A stretch of 20,000 nucleotides of DNA, from assembly GCF_024521635.1 (NCBI RefSeq), contig NW_026250426.1, forward strand, positions 609,330 through 629,329, written 5' to 3'. The position numbers were made by a program, and so were the translations under genes. Below, piece after piece: positions 12,198 to 20,000 of the stretch (its first letter is position 1; each line of letters starts with the position of its first letter). The notes below the pieces were generated by a model. The model had not been told where the DNA came from. It ran no database searches and saw only the letters and a list, made by a program, of their open reading frames with translations. Origin of the DNA: Tricharina praecox (taxonomy: Eukaryota).

Positions 12198-13591
12198 TGT
12201 AGCATCGTCCGAAAAAGCATCGGAAGTAGTATCCCTTTCCAAGCCTTTGTTCTCCGAGTCTTCCATCGCGTATATGATATGCTGGACCCGAGTATGTACT
12301 CTACCTAGAGTAAATAGCGCGGCCCTGATTACTCTGAACCACAATGCTCCTCGGACTCCGGAGGGGGCCTGTAGGCTTCGGGATGACAGGGTTGCACTCT
12401 ACTTTACCCCACACGACTGCGAAGGAGGCTGCAGCTATCTTCGGAATGTGCAGGCGAGCTCGATAGAGTGCGGACGGTATGTATGTAAGAATTGCGCTTG
12501 TCGGGGTTTACTCACCTTGTATGTGTGTACCCCTGATGAATGGTGGGGCTCACGAGTGGTCACTCATATTGACGAATCCGAATGCTTCCCTTCAGCCTTC
12601 CAAGATTTAACTTACCCATGGTTGGTAGGTAGAACTGGCTACGAGCCTACGACAACTACCGGTATCTGGTATGAAGCACATAACTGTCGCGGCCGGCGGG
12701 CTCGACGAGCTCGAAAGAATACAAAGTCACTAGGGATGCAGTTATTTACGATAAAATGTGAAAGAAAGAGGGGGGGAAAACAGCTCCCTCAGCCCTATCT
12801 AGGCAGTTAAGCCTTCTCCTCAACCCTGTGCACCTATGCATGGGGTATCACTCCTCTGATGACGCCTCCTCTCTCGGGTCTCTCCTGGATCCATCGAAGG
12901 CATCAGAAGATCCTGTGGCCAGAGGTCCGGAGTTAGGAGGGAGACAGCTGTGGACAGTGGAGCATGATTCCCTTGGGGAGATGAGCGGAAAGAACTCGGA
13001 AACCCCGTGAGTTATGGCGAGATCACGATTCATGGTTGATTGAGGCTCGAGGCCGGCGGGTCGTGTCGTCTCGTCAGTTAATGAGGCGGCCAAAGAACAA
13101 GCGAGTACCTACGAACGGAACGGCGCTACATATGTCCAGTGGTCCTGACGACGGTAATAGCAACCATAGGAGTTCCTTGGCTTCCCGAGCATCGTAAGTT
13201 GCTCGATCGAACGCTGAAGTACCCCCTAGCACTCGACCATACATAGGGTGTAGATACAGCATATATACTCTCTATACTCTCTATACACCCGTTTTCCTTG
13301 CGGCAGCTACATGCATACATTGCACCCTCTCTCTCTCCCTCTCCCACTCCCGGCGGTAAGCGCGCCTCCTACTAGGTATACGGTGCCTTAGTTTTAAGCG
13401 TGTGCCGAATCGTCCTGTAGCGCCTCCGATAGCCACGTGCCTTCCATGGTAGTTAACGGCTATTTAGCGATGAACGGGAGTGAGATACCTACGGTAATCT
13501 GGAAATCAACTGGGATGAGATGGAATGGTGCTCGGGTATGTAGGCAAATGTGGAAGTACGTGGAAGTTTGTAAAGCATGGGAGCGGATTCA

Positions 13592-13791
13592 CAGTGTTCT
13601 ACATAGTCCGGCCCAGTCCGGTCCAGTCCGTTCGGACCCGTGGACGGGACTGGACTACATATATGATATATCCAGTCCGTCCGGACTCTGGAGGTGTGTG
13701 TTGGACGGGGCGGACTACTTTTATCCCGTCCTCCAAAAGGCACAGACGGAATTGAGTCTTGGTAGTCCGGACCGGACTATGGAGAACACTG
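13592..13791. mobile_element. 200-bp non-autonomous DNA transposon (MITE), hAT-like termini
   Basis: 20-bp terminal inverted repeats with one mismatch: CAGTGTTCTACATAGTCCGG (13592-13611) versus the reverse complement of 13772-13791, CAGTGTTCTCCATAGTCCGG. There are eight internal AGTCCG/CGGACT repeats and no coding capacity. GAGCGGA flanks both sides, imperfectly placed on the left. Confidence 0.75.
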
Positions 13792-14175
13792 GAGCGGAAG
13801 TAGGATCGGGAGGGGGATGACGGAGGAACTTAGTATGGTACCTGGTGCTGTAATGGATCAATGCTGCTGATGGGTAGGAGAAGTTACTACACCTTACGAC
13901 TAAGGGCTGCCAATGCGTAATAGATACCGAGTAGGGATGGTTCTTGCGTAGCAAGACGATAATATAATAATGCAACCCCAATAATCAGTCCGATGAATCA
14001 CAGAATAACGAGAAGCCACATTTTTGTAAGAAGGCTTTTCCTGTTATCTAGCAATCAAACAACCTGAACGCCATCCTCCACAAAACACCTAGAAAGAAGA
14101 CATGATATTCGAAGCCTGACTAGAAAATCACAGCAAAAGTTTTATTTTTTCGGAAAGAATCCACCATGCCCATAT

Positions 14176-14919
14176 TTACTGGATGCGGTAGGCATTAACC
14201 TCGTAGTCGAACTTCTTGCCGAAGATGAACCACTCGTAGTAGAAGAAACTGTGCATCAAGTCAGCCAACAACTCTTCTCGGCGATGAATGGTTAATTAGG
14301 GAGGGACATACCGCTTCCTACCACCGGCCTTTCCAGCCTTTCCACACTTGGTACCAATTTCCTTGACGGCGTTCCCGACTTTCAGGCACGGGGTGCAGAC
14401 CTTCTTGTGGTCCCAATGGCACAGGTCGGAAGCGGCCGAGTTCCTCCACATCATGGTGCTACAGGTCTTACCAAGCGCCTTGTGGCAGCACCAAGCCCCA
14501 CCCTTTCCTATGTTGATGAGGTCTTGGGCGAGTGCGAGGACGTCGCTCTGCTCGGGAGAGCCGCCGCTCGTCTGGCACTTGAGTTCCGGATTGGGCGCCC
14601 AGTTCATGAACCTATTCTCGCCTGGGTGCTCAGTAGGTGCCGCGGGAACTCCGGGGAGCGTGGGCAGCGGCTGCCCGGCTTGGTAAAGCTCGAGCAGGTG
14701 CGGCAGGTCCAGCGCGGGGTGCGACGTGTTGAAGCCCTCCGAAAGCTTGAGGTATTGACTGCCGTCGGGTGAGGTAAGGACTTCTCCGGCAATTTCGTCA
14801 ACTTCATCAACTCCGCCAATTCCGCCAACATCGGATGGAGACGTTGGGGAAGGAAGAGCCGATCCGCCTGCGAGGAAGACCGTAACTAGGGATAAGACGG
14901 AAATAAGGGAAAGACGCAT
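14176..14919 (-). CDS. Small secreted cysteine-rich protein (226 aa, 8 Cys), effector/killer-toxin-like. Exons 14919-14312, 14248-14176
   Basis: ATG at 14919 starts a signal peptide (MRLSLISVLSLVTVFLAGGSA-LP). An acidic/Pro-rich pro-region follows, then CQTSGGSP..D..WCC..C..C..C..C..C..GG. Intron 14311-14249 (GTATGT..GCTGAC..CAG, 63 nt) gives the in-frame tail RFFYYEWFIFGKKFDYEVNAYRIQ*. Confidence 0.85.
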
Positions 14920-16410
14920 TGTGGTTGTCTCGATTGATGGTCTTAATAAAAGGATAAGTGTGAAGAGGAGGTCGGGGGTCAGGGGTCGGACACCAGCAAC
15001 GAAAAGCTGGCGGTGGTTGTGGTCGTATGAGAAGGAGGTTGAAGTGGGTGAGAACAGGAGGAGAGGGTGTGAGGAAGGAGAGAGGGCTTTATCGGGGTTG
15101 TCGACGAAAATCTGTCGGCGAAATCTGAATTTCACCTCTTAAATATTAAATGTTCCCCCTTCCACCAAGATGACCGCTAATTGAATGTGTGCCTAGCCTA
15201 TCCATCCGCACAAAACCCTCTTGCCGGTATCAATTCGGTCTACGAGAAATAAGCGGAATCGAGAAATCTGGGCTGTTGTGGGCTCCGCTGCGGGCCAGAG
15301 CCTGAAATTATTTGTTTCCTGACATCACGGAGAAGGTGGGATCAATCATTCCACATTCCTCATGCCCGGAAACTTGGTGTTGATCGTATGCAAACACGTT
15401 GGATCAGAATACAGCTCTACCTATTCTTACACCCCTCGGGCTGCATTCCTCTTCTTGGTCACAAACATTCCTGATGCACCAAATTATGATAAGTGTGTCT
15501 CGACTCGAGTGTCTGAAGACATCACCGCCGCATGATTTTCTCCACGTGGGTGTAGACAGAATGCTACAACCATCGGTCATTACATTTCTGCTCAGGGCTC
15601 GAGGGTCGAAATTTATATTCCGTTCGGGTTGCCTGTAGACAAATCAGTATACCAGTGCCAACAGCAAGGCTTCTTCACCATGGATCAGAGGAGGTTTGGA
15701 GACCCCCCTTTCTCCAGTAAACCCCCCTACATACCATTGCCAGATCGAGGCTCATAGGCAGTCACTCTTAACCGCTCCGGCTGGGTTTGGCTGGACGAGT
15801 GATGTATCGTACACTCGACAGAATGCAACGATGCTTAAATACAAAAAAATGTACACTCAACTTCTTTGTGTCCGACATCCTTTGTGCTTCTTTTGTGTTT
15901 TCTTTGTCCTTTCCATGGTGCATTTCACTATCTTGGGTGCTTAGGCGGAGGGTGGGAGGCAAGAGATGGAACCATCACGGAATGAATCAAAAAAAAAGAC
16001 GTACTCGTAAGGGTAACAGGTGCCTCACCTTGCGCTTATAATTCGTAATGGTGGTGAGGCACGGCTTATAGGCTGTTCCTGGTGCACCCAGCTTGTCGGT
16101 AAGTTGTGCTCTAGTTAACGTCAAGAGACTGCTTTAGATGCTGCGAGATGTGTATTTCCAGTACCTTCAGCAGGTGGAATGGTAGAGTCACTGTCAGGAC
16201 CAAGAAATGCATGCGCTTCAATTTTCGGCCTCGTAGCGAACTGCACCAACCCTCCGATACAAAAGCGGCTTGACTACAGGTACAGGAAACTCATTAAGAT
16301 TCCCTTGTTCAAACCAGACAAGATCGGCCATACAGCGATAGGCCTGCCCGAGTGACAATGCCGTGGATCGAGGACAACATCACGTGACCCATCTCCCGCT
16401 AACTACCGTG

Positions 16411-16460
16411 ACGCGTTACCCTAAGTAACTTCCGCAACGCCTTCGAGCTTCCACGCGCGA
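16411..16460 (+). promoter_or_regulatory. Putative MCB (MluI cell-cycle box) elements upstream of the 16502 gene
   Basis: ACGCGT at 16411-16416 and ACGCGCGA at 16453-16460, within 100 nt of the ATG. A TCACGTGA palindrome lies at 16380-16387. Confidence 0.4.
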
Positions 16461-16501
16461 CCAAGTCAATCTGAATACGTCTGCATCCAGCCTTAGTTAC
16501 C

Positions 16502-18637
16502 ATGCCACCACCGCAATCGAAGAACAACCGGAAGATGACCGATTTCTTTCGCCCCGTCGGCAACGACAGCCCCGCCACAGCGACCAAAATCGTGACCCCA
16601 TCACCATCAACCGAGCCTGTCTCCTCTCCACTGTCGTCCTTAGGGTCGCCGACACCGACACCGACGCCGATGCCGACCCCAGGCCCGAAGCCGAAGGTGC
16701 AGCCGCTACTGAACAAACAGGGAAAACCACGTGTTATTCCGAGCTCAGATGGCGAGGAAAGCTCTGACGACTCTGATCTCGAGGACCCGTTTGGACTCTT
16801 CTCGCGCATCCCCGCGCCGAAACCGCCTGTGAAGAAGAGCGTCCTGGACGATGATGATCCCCTTCCGATTAGAGCGGCGATGCACATAGCAAACTACAAG
16901 TCTACCATGCCGAAGCTACTTAGGCAACGAGAGAAGGAGAAGGCGCTCGATGAAGAGCTGAGACTAGCGTATAACTTGATCGAGGAGAGCGAGAGGAAGG
17001 AGAAGGAACCGCAGATTGATCCGAAGGCGGGGATCACGGAGGAGACGGCGCAGAAGGTCATGGGCACCGATGGTAGTGGCGCAAGGCTGATGGAAGCTCT
17101 GGATCGGGACGATTCCTGGGGGGTTAATTGTGCTTTCTTCGAGTTCTTCGATCATAAGATGATGCCAAACAGGAATCGGAAGCCGTTTCCTGTGGCCGCT
17201 GTGAAGAAGAGCCCGGCTTGCACTTTGCTCGAGAGTATGAACCTACTTGATGACCAGAGAGAGTGGGGTCACTGACACGATCAGATCCAGCAGCCCGTGA
17301 ACAGATGTTTCTCAATGGAGCTTTCGTCGATATCTGCGGGCAACCTGATCTTGCCCTGCCCGACGAAGTTCTACTGTGGATAATGGATGAAGGTACCAGA
17401 GACGATACCAAGTTTGATTCCTGTTTGTTGACCTTTTTGTAGTTTGTCTGGATCAACGAGAAGATATGGTACTGGCGTATTACAAAACACTCCTTGTACG
17501 TATTTGCTTTCCCGTCATACTCAAACAATGATCATTAACGACTGACATGAGTAATAGGGACACCAGGATCGCCTTGTGCCTCTAATGTCGGTCGAAAAAA
17601 TGGTCTCTCTGTTCGAGCTCCTCGGTGCATCGGCCACCGCATTGGATCTTGAACGGCAGCTCCAATTTGGCCAGTCGAACGAAATGGGTCCCGACTTTGG
17701 CGCAGGTATTTGTATTCCCCGGAGATGTCGGTGCGCAAACACTAACGTCTGCAGGTGTTCAACACTGGCGCTCTTGGAACATCATTCACATGGTTAAGAT
17801 TCTCGAGACGGTGGGAGAAATCTATGCGTAAATAGCCACTCACCCCACCCCGTCACTTGGTTTGCTGACTGACATCGTTCGAAATCAGCGTGAATGGAGA
17901 TGCTCAACGAACACAATCCATCTGTAGCATTCTCATCCGCATGTCGTTGGATGACCAGCTATCCCGCCAAAGCAGTTTCCTGGTAACGATTGAGGCGGCG
18001 CTGTACCGAGTGTTACAAGCGATACCGGATGACGTGTGGGATGATCGAGTGTGTATCCCGCCTACTAGAAAACTGTTTATTTGGGTTGACTGACACCTTG
18101 AAGATCAAAGTAATCGGCTACAATATTATGAGCACCATTCTCAAGCCGCAGTTCCGTGCCAGGGTCCTGAATATCCTTCCGCTGTACTCCCAGACATTGC
18201 ATCTATTCCGCCGCCGACTAGCATGCGCATTCCTGTATGAGGACGCCTCCTATCTGATACGAGAATACTTGACCCTTGTGGACCTCGACAAGATGGCGAC
18301 ACTTCTCGGCGAGAGCCAATTTAAGATCACGCGGAAAACCGAATACGTTGAGTTGAATAGTTTGATCCGCATTCTCGAAATCGCGGTGGACAGCGGAGCG
18401 ACCTCTGGTACTCCAATTGAACAGGATAAAGGCGTCGATCGTCTGGTGGAGTTGCTCAGGGCCATGTTCACGAGGATCATAGACACGAATGCAAGGGATC
18501 TGGCGAGGACGGTGGCGAAGGATGCGATTGAACGTTTCCAGTTTCGGCTGAACTTCGCGGTCAGGTCGAAGCGTCGCCAGGCGCTGGGATTGAGCGATGG
18601 CAATCAGCGCACGCTTGGGAACTGGGTTACAAAATGA
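16502..18637 (+). CDS. Fungal protein (~602 aa) of uncertain function, tentatively an Nse6/SLF2-like (CANIN-domain) Smc5/6 cofactor. Exons 16502-17234, 17285-17392, 17443-17495, 17558-17705, 17755-17827, 17889-18048, 18104-18637
   Basis: Six 49-62-nt GT-AG introns with branch-like motifs (ACTGAC, TTGAC, ACTAAC, GCTGAC) keep a single 1809-nt frame. The protein has a disordered Pro/Ser/acidic N-terminus, a charged coiled-coil (YKSTMPKLLRQREKEKALDEE) and a helical C-terminal region (LPDEVLLWIMDEVC...FRRRLACAF). The gene model is well supported; the family call is from recalled architecture only (about 0.4). Confidence 0.8.
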
Positions 18638-18927
18638 TTGCGCGGTTGGGAGTGGGTGGGTTGGTTGTCAATTTGTGTAGCATATTTGGTGTACTCTCTT
18701 ACATATCAATGGAGGATGGAGGATGTATGCTCACGGAACAACCGAAGAGCAACAAACACTATGCGTATCAAGATTCAAGAGATGAAGCCAACTCCATCGC
18801 CACCAACAACTAACAAACTAATGACTGGAAGAATAGACGAACCACGCACGCTTGGCCCCCCTAGAAGCCTATGAACAAGAAAACGAGCCGCGCGCACGAG
18901 AAATAAGGTATAAACCAACATGATGAC

Positions 18928-19801
18928 CTAATCGTAGAACTTCCTGTTGGGGTTCTCTCCAAACACACTGCCGCGGACAACGGGCAAACAGTCGGCTTGG
19001 ATGATCTTCAGACGCTCCTCCAAGGTGTTGTTGATGGTAATCTTTCCGCCCGTTCCGACGATGAAGATGCCTCCGTGCCTGTGACGTGACCGGTTAGAAT
19101 GCCGGAATTGCTGCTACCCCAATCTGCGTGACTTACGAGTCTTCGGGCATGAAGTTGTCCTCATCGACCGTGATGCTCACATCCGCACCCGACGCCTCCT
19201 TGTACTCCTGCGTAGCCTGCTGGATAGCCTTCTTAAGCAGCTCGGTATCCTTCTCCCTCGGCCTGACCTGAATCTTGTCCTCACCGAGGGCATAGAGGCC
19301 CTCCAGGATCAAATTCTTCAGAATTGTCGTGTAATTCTCCTCATCCTTGCTGACTTCTGCGAGCTTCACCCTGGCCTTCTCGAAGATGTCATCGAGCAGC
19401 TGCTGTCTCGCGGCGAGGATCTTCAGTCTGGTCTTGTTGGTGACGGTAGAACGCGCGATCTGCTGCGATAGCTCGGCCTGCTTGAATTTGCGCTCGTACT
19501 GGGCGTCGATCGAGGCCGTCTCTTGGCGTACGAGCTTCGACTTCTCGATCGCCGACTCTTCGTCCGCTTTAATCTCGATCTCGCGCGCTTTTTCGACCGC
19601 TTCTTGGTTGATGAAGGCGACCATCTTCTTCAGCTCCCCCTCCACCTGTAATACATGCCCATCGTTAGCTGCTAGGTGTGGTGAGTGGGGCTGGACGGGT
19701 GTGGGGATGTCGGACGGACCTAGAGACAGCTCTTGTTAGCCGACACACGTAGGAGCGGGGGAAGTGGGCGGTACCTGTGCATCGCTCAGTGCGCGTGCCA
19801 T
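18928..19801 (-). CDS. VMA4: V-type proton ATPase V1 subunit E (228 aa). Exons 19801-19775, 19645-19137, 19078-18928
   Basis: Spliced product MARALSDAQ|VEGELKKMVAFINQEAVEKAREIEIKADEE..IEKSKLVRQE...S|HGGIFIVGTGGKITINNTLEERL...FGENPNRKFYD* matches the well-known subunit E pattern. Introns are 19774-19646 and 19136-19079 (GTAAGT..TCTAAC..CAG). Confidence 0.96.
19646..19774 (-). other. Complex intron of VMA4: two abutting U2-type introns (19774-19720 and 19719-19646) separated by a zero-length exon
   Basis: Minus strand reads CAG|GTACCG...GCTAAC-AAGAGCTGTCTCTAG|GTCCGT...GCTAAC-GATGGGCATGTATTACAG|GTG. The two perfect GCTAAC branch points are at 19740-19735 and 19669-19664. Confidence 0.65.
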
Positions 19802-20000
19802 CTTCCGTTTGGGTTGGTTTCGGAGTGTAGGAGTTGACGGTGATTTCGGGGTATTGTTGAGGCAGAGGTAGAGTTGGCGGTGGTGATGGTGAATGGAGAA
19901 GTTCCGCTCGATGTCGTGGGTGGTGGTGTTGGTGGTGTTGCAATCAAGACCTCCGGCCGCTAACTAGATGCTCACCACCCTCACCCCGGCGTGAACAACG

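Noticed and set aside
12142..12810. 222-aa plus-strand ORF
   Set aside because: No recognisable domain, random-looking composition (Cys/Arg-rich), and it overlaps the end of the non-coding duplicate.
12530..13005. Two CTGATGA words suggesting hammerhead ribozyme cores
   Set aside because: No properly placed stem II plus GAAA or flanking helices could be built.
13234..13259. CGACCATA-cata-GGGTGTAGATACAG resembles the 5' end of ascomycete 5S rRNA
   Set aside because: Only ~25 nt with an insertion and mismatches. The rest of 5S (internal promoter boxes, 3' stem) is absent, so chance similarity is likely.
13592..13791. Short repeats considered as a CRISPR-like array
   Set aside because: Eukaryotic context and no repeat-spacer periodicity. 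They are better explained as transposon subterminal repeats.
14920..15135. Upstream in-frame extension of the secreted-protein ORF (279-aa version)
   Set aside because: It starts at a non-ATG codon and reads like a pyrimidine-rich 5' UTR. ATG 14919 has good context (ACAATG) and begins a signal peptide.

Overview
Eukaryotic (filamentous ascomycete-type) genomic DNA with short GT-AG introns carrying CTRAC/CTAAY branch points. Four intron-containing protein-coding genes can be reconstructed by hand. (1) A Dnf1/Dnf2-type P4-ATPase phospholipid flippase (minus strand, ATG 3968, running off the left edge). (2) A 226-aa small secreted 8-Cys protein with a possible KP4/Ecp2-like fold (minus, 14176-14919). 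(3) A 602-aa, 7-exon probable nuclear protein tentatively resembling Nse6/SLF2 (CANIN) Smc5/6 cofactors (plus, 16502-18637). (4) V-ATPase subunit E, VMA4 (minus, 18928-19801). A ~10-kb gene-free stretch (3969-14175) contains an old direct duplication of ~1.3-1.6 kb of non-coding DNA preserved as collinear motif blocks, and a 200-bp hAT-like MITE. The most unusual signal is VMA4 intron 1 (129 nt), which reads as two complete abutting introns (55 + 74 nt, each with a donor, a GCTAAC branch point and a YAG) joined at AG|GT, i.e. a zero-nucleotide exon / recursive-splicing candidate. All assignments are by eye; no database searches were run.
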